From positions 36,890,001 through 36,954,000 of the forward strand of contig OZ024750.1 in NCBI GenBank assembly GCA_964016885.1: 64,000 nt of DNA, written 5' to 3'. The stretch comes from Eledone cirrhosa. Taxonomy: Eukaryota. The first letter of the stretch is position 1, and each line of letters starts with the position of its first letter. A program made the translations under genes and the position numbers. The notes beneath the pieces are model-generated. The model searched no databases, had not been told where the DNA came from, and saw nothing but the letters and a program-made list of their open reading frames with translations. Of the stretch, positions 36,916 to 49,647 are shown one piece after another.

Positions 36916-39900
36916 GAAAAATCATTCACAAAACTACGCTGGAGCATCAAAAACAAAAGCAACAATATACGCACACACATATACAACACACATCCCAACA
37001 ACAACAGACACACAGACACAAACAACAATAACAACAACACACACATCAACAACAACAACAATAGCAACATACCCAGATACAACAACAACAGACACGCAGA
37101 CACAAACAACAATAACAACACACACAACAACGATAACACACACGGAGACAACAACAACACACATCAACAACAGCACACATCAACAACAACAACACACACG
37201 CATTCAATGCCTCTCACCACCACCACAATCTTAACAAACACACAGACACAGAAAACAAGTAATGACAGTAGCACAGAAATCAGAGAAATAAGGGAAAGTA
37301 ATAGGATTAAAAGGAAAAGGAGATGGGAGACTAAGGACAAAGAGAATAACCAAGACGAACACACAGACACACAAAATAGGGTAGATAACAACATTGAGCC
37401 AGTGGGAAGAGACAGGAGTAATTATGAGAGACATAGAAACAACCATGAGGCTGTTGGTGGAAATAGAAATAGAAACAACACAACTAACAATAACAATAGC
37501 ACTAGTACACATAAAGCAGCAGCCTGGAACTCTCCGTTTTATAATCCCTCCGATAAATCATTCGACCTGCGACGAGTCCACGCCACGACTTTGCCATTTA
37601 ACAAACGCACGCAGTTGCCGTCGCAGGTCGATGAACAAACAGAAGCACAATTTAGTATAGCTAAATCCGAACTTAGAAATATTATAGAACAGTATAGCAA
37701 GAAGCATAATAGAATAGAGGCCCAGCAACTGGGAGAAAAATCTGCAAATGGCTTGCGTAAGCTCATGCAGCGCTCGCGTAATGGAGAGATAGCATGCTTT
37801 CCAACAGACAAGTCTGGCAGAATGTCGGTTGACAGCCTGCCAAACTACATCCAGGCAATGCAACCCCACATCACTAACACAAGAGAAGTAACACAACAGG
37901 AGCATGAGGATAGAGAAAAAGCCCTCAATGCCCATATGGTGATGTGGATGAATATAATGCAGCCCAACAAAAGGACTGCCAACAACTTCCAGGCCTGGAA
38001 CAATGACGTGCCGGCGTTGTATGGGCTTCGAAAGGACCATAAAACGGGCTGGAACCCTGTCGCGGGACCACCAACACGGCCAGTCTGTGGGGCTAACATT
38101 GCTAGTAACTACAGACTGTCCTACTTCCTCTCCCTGATCATACGCCCCCTCATTGAGATGTCCCCAGATGTATGTGACAGCACGGAGGACCTCCTCAGCA
38201 GAATCGGCGCGGGTAACCGATCTGGGGACCTAACAAACTGCATAATAGGCAGTATGGATGTTGTGTCCCTGTATCCATCTATTGACGTGGATTTTGCTGT
38301 GGAGAAATGCGTAGAAATGATCAGCGAGAGCAAGGTTGAGTTCCGTGGGATTGATACCAGTGAGCTGGGACTTCTACTTAAGCTTACCCATAGTAATAGT
38401 TACCTAGACACTTATGACCTTAGCAACCTGTGCCCTACAAGAGGCAGACCACCTACCATTACCTCAATGGCCAAGAAAACCCACACAGATAGATGGAACG
38501 GGTGGACCAGAGCCATACGGACACCCGAAAACCACGATGAACTGAAGAAAATGATTGCACATGCGGTAGGGGCCAGCATAAAATTAACCCTTAAGGAACA
38601 TATGTTCAAATTTAATGGTAAAACATATGCCCAAGAGGAAGGAGCAGCCATTGGTGTTAGCATTGCAAGCGACATAGCTAACCTATTCATGGTATGGTGG
38701 GACAGTAGACTTAAACAAAAACTTAAAGAACAATTAGAAGACAGCTTAACCCTGATAATGTACTCCCGCTACGTAGATGATATAAACATCGTAGTTAAGA
38801 CACCCCCACTTAAGAACAGTCAGGAACTAGAGAAAAACACAATGGAAAGCATCCAGCAAATAGCAAACTCCATCCACCAGAGCATTAGAGTTACTATAGA
38901 CTACCCAAGTAGACACCCCAACCATCGATTACCTGTACTAGACACAGAGCTCTGGTTAGATACCATTAACAACCAAAAACAAATCCTCCATTCCCATTAT
39001 GCCAAACCCATGACTTCCAAACATCTGATCCACCGAAACTCGGTCATTTCGGACCATACCAAAATCAACATACTGATTGCGGATTTGGTACGGGTGATGA
39101 GAAATGTGTCCCGCATGTGCAACCCCGAAGAACTAGAAAGACATATACAACACTTCATCCACCGTATGCAGTTCTCTGGCTACAATCAGAGAGATAGAAT
39201 CAGAGTGTATAAAGGAGCCAGAACCAAATGGGAAAAAATGGTAAATAATGACATAAATGGGACCTGCCCCTTGTATAGGAGCAAATTTTGGAATAGAATA
39301 GAAAGAACTAGGAACAAGGCCAATAGAATAAACTCATGGTATGATAGCAATAAATACCAGAGTGTAATGTTCATCAATACAACCCCTAGAGGCGAACTAG
39401 CCTACAAATTTAGAAGGGCCCTAAATAAACATAAACTCAATATTAAGATAGTAGAAAGACCAGGTACCTCCGTAAAAACACTTATTAGCACGACATACCC
39501 GTTCCAAAGACCCTCATGTATAGATAAGAAATGTATAACCTGTAAAATAAGCCCCCATATTAACTGTAAAACTAGAAATGTAGTGTATAGCATAAGATGT
39601 ACTGAAGGACAATGTAGAAACAAAAATATAGTGTACATAGGTGAGACAGCTCATAGTATAGGGGAACGAATAAATGAACACTGGTGAGACCTTCAAGATA
39701 ATAAAGAATCATCTGTGCTCTACCAACATGCTAAGATAGAACACAGGGGTAGATTAGAGAACATAGAAATAAAAATAGAATCCACACACAGAAAAGATGC
39801 AATGTTTAGGCAAATTACAGAGGCAGTAAGCATAAAAGAATTACAACCAAAATTAAATAGAAAATATGAGTGGAACAGCAACATCACAACTTACAATTAA
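36916..39900 (+). CDS. PLE reverse transcriptase / GIY-YIG endonuclease, one in-frame TGA at 39685-39687
   Basis: 36916 is in frame with the 37207 ORF; DKSG, LYGLRKDHK, TRPV, SMDVVSLYPSI, GAAIG, RYVDD, VVYSIRC..YIGET; frame continues past the TGA to 39900. Confidence 0.9.
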
Positions 39901-40179
39901 GGACAAAATGAAAACACACACACACATAGAACAAACAACTTACAATTAAGGACAAAATGAAAACACACACAGGACAAAATGAAAACACACACACACATAG
40001 AACAAACAACCAACCAACAATAAATAAATAAATAAATAAACAAATAGATAAATGAACACAAACACACACAGACACCCGGATGTGGCGCATGCGCAAACTG
40101 AGCACACAACACACACACAGAAACAAAATGGTGTAGGATAGAAGAAAGGAAAGGCACAGAAACAAAGAAAGGAATCCCC

Positions 40180-40224
40180 AGTCACTGAAGAGGTCACAGA
40201 GTGTGTGACGAAAGGACTATGACT
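40180..40224 (+). ncRNA. Minimal type I hammerhead ribozyme in the 3' pLTR
   Basis: AGTCA-CTGAAGA-G-GTCACA..TGTGAC-GAAA-GGA-CTA-TGACT. Confidence 0.82.
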
Positions 40225-40444
40225 ATCTATAAACAACTATCTGGTTGTGGAACCAACCAACCAACCAGAAATTTATAAGTTTGTAGATTTGTAAATTTAT
40301 AAATTTATAAATATATAATAAATTGAAGTGAAAGCAACTGGTGCGTGTGTTTCTTATTGGCAACATGACCCTCCCAAAGTATAACAATATCGGTTTCAAC
40401 ACACGATTTCAGATAAAGAATCTTACTAAACAAATTCAGAAACG

Positions 40445-40479
<35 letters not shown>

Positions 40480-40571
40480 TACCATTGGCGTGTTTTACGG
40501 CATCCAGATATATATATATATAGCTGATGTACCTAGCTTTGCTTGGATAAACAGACGATAAGCCGTCTGTG

Positions 40572-40885
40572 TAGTATAGTATTACTGTTGAAAATATATA
40601 GTATAGTACAATATTACTGTTGAAAATATATAGTATAGTATTACTGTTGAAAATATATAGTACAGTATTACTGTTGAAAATATATAGTATAGTATTACTG
40701 TTGAAAATATATAGTATAGTATTACTGTTGAAAATATATAGTATAATATAGTATTATTGTTGAAAACATATAGTACAGTACAGCATTACTGTTAAAAATA
40801 TATAGTATAGTATAGCTGTTGAAAATATATAGTACAGTATCACTGTTGAAAATATATAGTATAGTATTACTGTTGAAAATATGTA
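40572..40885. repeat. ~27-bp minisatellite
   Basis: TATTACTGTTGAAAATATATAGTATAG units. Confidence 0.9.
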
Positions 40886-40914
40886 CACGAATATATAATT
40901 ATATATATATATAT

Positions 40915-41372
40915 ATCGTTTCTGAATTTGTTTAGCAAGATTCTTTATCTGAAAACGTGTGTTGAAACCAATATTGTTATACTTTGGGAGGGTCATGTTG
41001 CCAATAAGAAACACACGCACCAGTTGCTTTCACTTCAATTTATTATAAATTTATAAATTTAGGAATTTATAAATTTCCGGTTGGTTGGTTCCACAACCAG
41101 ATGGTTGTTTATATATTGTCAAAGTTCTTTCGTCACACATTCTGTGACCTCTTCAGTGACTGGGATTCTTTTCTTTGTTTTTGTGCCTCTCCTTTGTTCT
41201 GTCCTACGCCATCTTGTTTCTGTGTGTTGTGTGCTCAGTCTGCGCATGCGCCACATCCGGGTGTCAGTGTGTGTTTATATTCGTTTATTTATTTGTTTAT
41301 TTACATTTTACAGGTTGGTTGTTTATTCTATGTGCGTGTGTGTTTTCATTTTGTCCTTAATTGTAAGTTGTG
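40915..41372 (-). mobile_element. Solo Penelope pLTR (HHR at 41118-41160)
   Basis: Reverse complement of 39890-40450; intact CTGAAGA/GAAA core. Confidence 0.9.
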
Positions 41373-41416
41373 AACAACCAACCTGTAACATATGTATATA
41401 CATATATATATATATG

Positions 41417-41489
<73 letters not shown>

Positions 41490-41610
41490 GTAATCTGAGT
41501 TTTTCGAATATTAATAAAATTTGATTCGTTTGCAATTATGCAAACAGCCTCTTTAAGGCCATGTCAGTAGAATGACTCTATCATTCTTGCTGTGTTAGCA
41601 TGTAAATAGA

Positions 41611-41657
41611 ACTGCAGACACTAATGTTTCTGGGTGATTACCCTTCATCAGTGCAGT
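41611..41657 (-). ncRNA. Type I hammerhead ribozyme
   Basis: ACTGCA-CTGATGA-A-GGGT AATC ACCC-A-GAAA-CATTAGT-GTC-TGCAGT. Confidence 0.8.
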
Positions 41658-41747
41658 ATACTGCTTACCTGCCAACTGTCAGAGCTAGTGAAAATATATA
41701 TTTTCTAAAATATACAGTAACTGATCAGCTTGCTTTGCATAAACAGA

Positions 41748-41790
41748 ACTGCAGACATTAATGTTTCTGAGTGATTACCCTTCATCAGCT
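41748..41790 (-). ncRNA. Second tandem hammerhead copy, 5' stem I missing
   Basis: CTGATGA-AGGGTAATCACTCA-GAAA-CATTAAT-GTC-TGCAGT; palindromic stem III ACATTAATGT. Confidence 0.7.
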
Positions 41791-41883
41791 GTTGGGGTCC
41801 TGACTCTTTTCCTATTACCTACTCTACTACCCTAAGTGGTGCGTTATGGTCCTCCTGGTATCTTGCTACACCCTCTTTGTTAA

Positions 41884-41923
<40 letters not shown>

Positions 41924-42304
41924 TGCATATTATATATATGTGTCTGTGTTGCATATTATATATATATAAGTGTGTGTGTTTCCTATTCCAGCACTGCACA
42001 ACTTCATATATTGTATATTATTTGTGAGTAGGTTTAGTGTTATTGTTGTTGAATATCTTCTTTAGAAGACATAACATGATTAGAAATAATTGAATGAGTG
42101 TTTACACCAGAAATCTTGAACTGTCAGTGTTGCAGAATTTGTTAATAAATCACATGTATGGTCTATTATGTAGAGTATAATAACTATATGATATTGAGTC
42201 TGTTTATTGGGAATATAGTCAGCATATAGACATCTAGATTCTTATTTCTTTGTGATGTGATTTCTTAGAAGGTTGAGTGAGCACCCACACACATATATAT
42301 ATAT

Positions 42305-42690
42305 GGAGGCACATGGCTTAGTGGTTAGAGCATTGGCTTTGCAATCAAAAGGTTGTGAGTTCAATTTTCAGACCGGGTGATGTATTGTTTCCTTGAGCAA
42401 GACACTTTATTTCACATTGCTCCAGTTTACTCAACTGTAGAAATGAGATGATAGGACTGGGGTCCCTATCTTTCCACTGCAAAGTGGTCGTGGAGGTGTC
42501 ACGGCAAAAAAGCACCCAGCCCACACTCTAAAGTGGACATATAGGCGCCACGGAAAAAAAGCACCCAGCACTCACTGTAAATGAGGTTGGTGTTAGGAAG
42601 GGCATCTTGCTGTAGAAATCAAGCCAGAATCAGTTCCTGTCCCACCCTTGCAAGCAGGAAAAAGCAGACGTAAAATGATGATGATGATGA

Positions 42691-42693
<3 letters not shown>
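42305..42693 (+). mobile_element. SINE family A, full length
   Basis: Family homology; (GAT)n tail. Confidence 0.85.
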
Positions 42694-42740
<47 letters not shown>

Positions 42741-43854
42741 TCTCTCATTGGATCATAAACTGTATTATCACTTGCAGTAGTGTTTTACTGATTGTAAAGT
42801 TTAAACAATGAAAATTATATTGATAACCTTGATTGTGATGATAATGTTGGAAACAGTTATAGCAGAAATTATTGTAGTAGCATCATAAATATATCTTTTT
42901 GTCTGTGAACTATTTTATTACTCAATTCTTAAGAATCATATGACTTTTGTATAATTTATTCTGAATATAGAGTATTGGATAGCAAAAGAGGTATAGTTGT
43001 ATGGAATATAATAATTACCAATGAACTGTCTATTATAATATAGTTGTATTCACCAACAATTTGATTCTGAAATAGATATATATAGCTTTACCAATTTAGA
43101 AATTATAATAAATTATTATCGGCAATAAAATTATTTAATTATCTGTAACAATTCCTTTTATTGCAAATATTTGTTTGGTTCTAAAATGTTCTGTTTTTAG
43201 AGATCAGTACTTAAAATAATAACTGAGTAGAATAAATTGATCATAAAGCTTAGCAGAAACAAACTTGAGAGGATAGTGTATTATAGAGAAAAACATATAG
43301 AAAGACAAATATATTGATTTTTCAGTGCAATAATATATAGTAGATTAACAGTAAATAATTGATGAAGTCAGGTAAGTTTCAGTTTATAAATATATTTCTT
43401 TTGGACACAGATACATTGTGTTGTTCATTATGAATGTGTCTGATTAAAAGTGCATTTGACTTGACCATTGGTACCACATAAAATATTACATTTAAAGTAA
43501 ATAAGAACGTATAGTACAATGAAAATATTATCATAAAATTTCAATTTGTGAATAGACAGATATTTTCTTTATTGATGGCTCCTGTCAGTATCTTCGAGAC
43601 GTGTGAAGTATCTATTGCATGTAAAGAAACCATAAAAATACTTCATAGAGAATAATTAAGATTCCAAAGAAAAGTGACAAATATTTAATTTATATTTTAT
43701 TTGCTTTTGTTTCAGAAATGAGACATTTCTGCTGAGTTTCCTATGAATCTTTAATTGTCAACAATATTTATATTTATTACTTTCTCACTGTGATTATTTG
43801 GGGGTCAGATTTATATTGTCAATTGCAACCAGTAATCAGAAGGGTGGAAAGTGT

Positions 43855-44120
43855 AAAAGCCAAACTCGCTGTCTTCAATTCGGTTTTTGTGCCAACCCTT
43901 ACCTATGGTCATGAATCTTGGGTAATGACTGAAAAAGTATGATCGCGAATACAAGAGGCCAAAATGGGATTCCTCCGAAGGGTTTTTGGAGTAACATTAC
44001 CCGACAAAGTGCATAGTTTTGAGATAGGGAGAGTCACTCAAGTTAGAGCCGCTACTTCTCCGAATTGAGAGATACAGCTCCAATACTATGGTCATGTGGT
44101 TAGAATGTCTCAGGAAAGAA
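43855..44120 (+). mobile_element. RTE fragment (second family)
   Basis: FVPTLTYGHESWVMT..MGFLRRVFGV..YYGHVVRM. Confidence 0.75.
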
Positions 44121-44121
44121 T

Positions 44122-44515
44122 TGGTAGAGCATCGGACAACATGCTCTATGGCACATGGTTAGGCCCTTTATGTTCTGAGTTCAAATCTCGCCAAGGTTAG
44201 CTTTGCTTTCATCCTCACGGGCTCGATAAAATAAAATACCAGTAATGTACTGGGGTCAATTTAATCGACTTTCCCGTCCCCCAAAATTGTTGGCCTTGTG
44301 CCTAAATCAGAAACCATTATTGGTGGATTGGCAGTATCGATAGAGGGTCGGACGCCATGCTTTGACACATAGAGTTACGGCCCTTTATGGTCTGAGTTCA
44401 AATCCCGTCGAGGTTAACTTTGCCTTTCATCCTTACGAAGTCGATAAAATAAAGTACCAGTAATACACTGGGATAATTGCTGGCCTTGTGCCAAAAGTAG
44501 AAACAATTATTATTA
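44122..44515 (+). mobile_element. Two tandem SINE family B copies
   Basis: Family homology. Confidence 0.85.
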
Positions 44516-44689
44516 TCAATTGTAACCAATAATTATATTATCAATTGCACATCTTTTAGTTCCAAAATAATATCAAGAACTAATCCAGGCAGGACAAAAT
44601 ACCATAAAGGATATCAATCTCAGTTCCCCATCATTCCCAGATGACTAAAAATTAATGTAAAATTACTATTTGGGACTCAGATTTAAAAG

Positions 44690-44995
44690 GGTAAAGACCC
44701 CCTTCGGTCACAAATGACCATGGGATTTTCACCTAGAAAAGACCCACAGTCGCCCATACATACCAGTCTCCCCTCTCCATGCCACCGATGTTGTCCAAGG
44801 GAAAGGCAAATGCTGATACAGCTTGGCACCAGTGACATCACAACTCATTTCTACAACTGAGTGAACTGGAGCAATGTGAAGTAAAGTGTCTTGCTCAAGA
44901 ACACGAACACAATGCAAAGCCCGGTCCAAGAATGGAACTCACAACCTCGTTATTGTAAGCCCGATGCTCTACCCACTATGTGATGCGCCTTCACA
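44690..44995 (-). mobile_element. SINE family A variant
   Basis: Homologous to 2556-2890. Confidence 0.8.
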
Positions 44996-45362
44996 GCTCA
45001 GATTTATATTATCAATAATTTAAGAAAGTTTAACATAAAACTCCTGTACATCTTCAGCTATCAACATGTATGAAAGTAATTTTACATTAATTTTTAGTCA
45101 TTTGGGAATGATTGGAATTCAAATTGATACCATTTATTATATTGTGTCCCTCCTACAGGGCAGTGGATTGGCAGTATCAGTGGAGCGTCAGACACCATTC
45201 TTTGCAGCAAAGAGTTATGGCCCTTTACGTTCTGAGTTCAAATGCCACCGAGGTTAACTGATAAAATGAAGCACCATTAATGCACTGGGGTAATTGCTGG
45301 CTTTGTGTCAAAAGTAGAAACAATTATTTCAGAACTAAAAGACAAGAATAATGCATGTTTTA

Positions 45363-46182
45363 TTTGTAGAAACATTGTCTGATATATAACTGTTTTGTAG
45401 AAACATTGTCTGATATATAACTGTTTTGTAGAAACATTGCCTGATGTGTAACTGTTTTGTAGAAACATTGCCTGAAATTAACTGCTTTGTAGAAACATTG
45501 TCTGAAATTAACTGTTTTGTAGAAACATTGTCTGAAATTAACTGTTTTGTAGAAACATTGTCTGAAATTAACTGTTTTGTAGAAACATTGCCTGAAATTA
45601 ACTGTTTTGTAGAAACATTGCCTGAAATTAACTGTTTTGTAGAAACATTGTCTGAAATTAACTGTTTTGTAGAAACATTGTCTGAAATTAACTGTTTTGT
45701 AGAAACATTGTCTGAAATTAACTGTTTTGTAGAAACATTGTCTGATGTATAACTGTTTTGTAGAAACATTGTCTGAAATTAACTGTTTTGTAGAAACATT
45801 GCCTGATGTGTAACTGTTTTGTAGAAACATTGTCTGAAATTAACTGTTTTGTAGAAACATTGTCTGATGTATAACTGTTTTGTAGAAACATTGCCTGAAA
45901 TTAATTGTTTTGTAGAAACATTGTCTGAAATTAACTGTTTTGTAGAAACATTGTCTGAAATTAACTGTTTTGTAGAAACATTGTCTGAAATTAACTGTTT
46001 TGTAGAAACATTGCCTGAAATTAATTGTTTTGTAGAAACATTGTCTGAAATTAACTGTTTTGTAGAAACATTGTCTGAAATTAACTGTTTTGTAGAAACA
46101 TTGTCTGAAATTAACTGTTTTGTAGAAACATTGTCTGAAATTAATTGTTTTGTAGAAACATTGTCTGATATATAACTGTTTT
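45363..46182. repeat. 30-bp minisatellite (~27 units)
   Basis: AACTGTTTTGTAGAAACATTGTCTGAAATT. Confidence 0.95.
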
Positions 46183-47742
46183 GTTGTTCTTCTTAATTTT
46201 GTGGTGGTGGTGGTGGCAATGGTGGCTGCTGCTGCTGCTGTTGTTGTTCATACGGAATATTTCTTGAGTCTAGAATAGCTGTTAACTATAAATAGAAAAC
46301 ATAATATTAAAAGGGAAATGTTTCTAATAATCTATAAACTGAGATATAATGCAATATTTTGTGACTTTACCTTGATGGCTTTTATCAACAGATCATCTTT
46401 ATATGATTAGGAAATGTTCTTTGTTGCTAGACAAAAGATTTGCATTAGTGTTCACTTAATACTTGCTGTTTCATTCTCTTATGTTCTGTATTCAATATCA
46501 TCCTATACAAACATCCATATTTATCTTTAATGTATACATATATATCATTTTAATCGATGTAGCATTTTTTAATTAACAGATAATAAAATATTAGGTATTT
46601 GATCTGAAGTATTTCTTCAACAAGAATATCTTCTCTCTAACATTAATAAATATGAAACTCAACTCAGAATGTTTTTCCATTGTACATTGATTTCATCATT
46701 TTGAAATATAATCAAAAACGATGCTCATAGGCTATAAAAGCAAGAAAGTAATTTTAATATAACATGTAGGCTTATAAAATCATGATCATATTGTGTAAAG
46801 ACAATAGCATAATCTTCCTATACATCTCCCTAACAAAATGCAGTTCACTTGCAGATAATGTCAACATATTTGCTATTTATTTTGTATCCTTTTTCACTTC
46901 ACACATACACACAACAAAATAGAACCTCACAAACTCTTTTATAATCTCATCTGCCTCAACTTCATCTGCACATAGTTGCAAGCAATCCTTCAATTATTTC
47001 AGCCTAACAAAGTGACAGTTGTTTTCAAAACAGTCTCTAGCATCACTACATTCTTCAACTTTTCTTTTTTTATGTTTTAATTCCATGTTGACACACATTG
47101 GCAGTTGCTTAAATGAACCCCTGTACTTAACTGGTATATTATTTTATTGATCTTGGAACGATGAAAGGCAAAGTTAAACTTGATGGGATTTAAGCTCAGA
47201 ATATAAAGAGCCAGAGCAAATATTGTTTCTACTTCTGGCACAAGGCCAGCAATTACCCCAGTGCATTACTGTTGCTTTATTTTATCGACCCCGGAATTTG
47301 AACTCAGAACGTAAAAGATCATAACTCTATGTTGCAAAGCATGGTGTCTGACGCTCTACCGATACTGCTAATCCATCGCCCTGAATAAATATTGCAAAGC
47401 ATTTTGCCAGTTGCTATAGTAATTCTACAAATGCCCCACCCCTCAAATCATACCCTGCCTTCTGAAGAGAGAAAGGATATATTAAACAATGTAGTTCTTG
47501 ATATACAAAAATTTATAATCCAAGGTATAACAGCCATAGAATGTCTTAGCTGATAGATCTGTTTGATGAAGGTTGATCTGGAGCTATACAACAACAATAA
47601 TCTCCTCTACAATAATAAACTATGTACCATTTCTCAGCTCCCATCAAACTGTGGCACCCCCACCTATCTTCCTGTTATCCTTACTGTTGTTGTAACCCAC
47701 CCTAACTGTGTACCATTCCTCAGCTTCCATTAACCCAGCTGT

Positions 47743-48168
47743 ATCATCATCATCATCATCATTTTACGTCCGCTTTTCCCTGCTTGCAAGGGTGGGACGG
47801 ACATTGATTCTGGCTTGATTTCTACAGCTGGATGCCCTTCCTAACACCAACCTCATTTACAGTGAATGCTGGGTGCTTTTTTGCCGTGGCACCTCCACGA
47901 CCACTTTGCAGTGGAATGATAGGGACCCCAGTCCCTATCATCTCATTTCTACAGCTGAGTAAACTGGAGCAATGTGAAATAAAGTGTCTTGCTCAAGGAA
48001 ACAACACATCCAACCAGAATTCTCTCAACCCTTTCTCTTCAAACCAGCTGTATCTGGCCACTCAAACTGATGTTAAGGTATTGTTCTCAAAATAAATAAT
48101 ATCAAAATCTCGTAGATTCAATATTATGTGAGATAATTTAACAAGAAAACACAGTAGTAAAGGGTTAA
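47743..48168 (-). mobile_element. 5'-truncated SINE A fused to a partial piggyBac-like MITE
   Basis: SINE 47743-48010, MITE sequence 48012-48168. Confidence 0.75.
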
Positions 48169-48848
48169 ACTGTGGCACCTCAAACACCTCTCTCCCTCTT
48201 CTCTTTACTGTTGTTGTAATCCACCGAACCTCTCTACCATTCCTCAACTCACACTGTGGCATCCTCAAACTGTGGCACCGCAACAACTTCTCTCCGTTTT
48301 CTCCTTACTGCTAATAAAACCCACCTAAATCTATATTAACATACCTTTCCAGGTATTCCCCCACCAAATTGCAGTCCTTTATAACAGCCTCTTTGTCTTT
48401 ACTCTCTCACTGCAGGCATTAAACTGCAGAGTTTGTAATTGAACAGCAATTGTATTGACCTCATCAGCTGAAGAAGACCTTCACAAGTTATGAATGGTCT
48501 AATAACAATGCTGTTTTGGTAAGAGGATTACTTGAAATATATTTAGACAACCAATTAGATTTGTTAGAGTGTCAGGCTTAGAATTATATAATTGTAAAGC
48601 AAGGCAATAGCTATCAAATTTTAACAGATTGCTATAATCAGCTACACAATAAAGTAGCAAGCAATCATTTATATTGAAATGAACTTGGATTTAACTGAAT
48701 TTATTTTCTATATGCATCATAAGTTTTCTATTTGAAAGATTTTGGTCTTGAAGACTTGAAGTAGTAATGCTTTTTACATTTTGTTGTTTCATACTTATAA
48801 TATTTATATTTCAGCTAAATGTAGGTATATCCATGGCTGTCTGCTTAA

Positions 48849-49053
48849 CTCTCTAGCATTTACATTATTCTATATTTACTGTTGTATTTTGTTTGTAAAG
48901 GCTTTACCTCACATAATATTGAATCTATGAGATTTTGATATTTATTTTGAGAACAATACCTTAACATCAGTATGAGAGGCCAGTTACAGCTGGTTTGAAC
49001 AGAAAGAGGTGAGAGAATTCTGGTCAGATGCAGCCGATTTAAATGCTAAAGGG
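48849..49053. mobile_element. piggyBac-like MITE
   Basis: TTAA flanks, TIRs, family homology. Confidence 0.85.
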
Positions 49054-49464
49054 TTAAGAAGCATGACAACTAGGGCAAGTGTCTTCTACTATAGCCTTGA
49101 GTTGACCTGTGACTTTTGAGTGAAATTTGGTAGATGGTAACTATACAGAACCCTGTTGTATATATGTGTGTATGTATGTTTGGAGGGTGTTTGTGTGTAT
49201 TATGAAGAGGTGTTTATGTGTGTGTATTTTGAAGAGGTGTTTGTGTGTGTATTTTGAAGAGGTGTTTGTGTGTGTGTATGTTTGAGGTGTTTGTGTGTGT
49301 GTGTGTGTGTGCCTGCAGTTGATGGGATTAACTAACCTCTTGAAGGCTGTGACTATAGTGTGACCATAGTTGCAGCCCAGTGCCAAAATCCAGTAAGGAA
49401 TTAATGTATCCAGTATAGGCTATCCATACTGTCAATCTCTTGTCCTATATCTTCTAATAATAAT

Positions 49465-49647
49465 TGTTTCTACTTATGGCACACTGCCAGCAATTACCCA
49501 GTACATTACTGGTACTTTATTTTATCAACCCCGTAAGGATGAAAGGTTAACTTCGGCGGGATTTGAACTCAGACCATAAAGGGATGTAACTCTTTGCTGC
49601 AAAGCATGGCGTCCGACCCTCTACCAATACTGCCAATCCACCACCCT
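49465..49647 (-). mobile_element. SINE family B with 20-bp TSD
   Basis: CTATATCTTCTAATAATAAT at 49445-49464 and 49648-49667. Confidence 0.9.

Larger units (their letters stand above)
36239..40450 (+). mobile_element. Penelope-like element (Neptune-like), near full length, 5' coding part inverted
   Basis: RT and C-terminal GIY-YIG, Cys-rich linker CIDKKCITC, 3' pLTR with HHR, ends in (AT)n. Confidence 0.93.

Noticed and set aside
37231-39696. Antisense and alternate-frame ORFs over the PLE (likewise over CR1 and RTE)
   Set aside because: Shadow ORFs of the real RT frames, with no motifs
40520-40555. Helitron-like terminus (TAGCTGATGTACCTAGCTTTGCTTGG)
   Set aside because: Too degenerate and no other end identified
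45335-46175. Repetitive ORFs on both strands
   Set aside because: 30-bp minisatellite with stop-containing variant units
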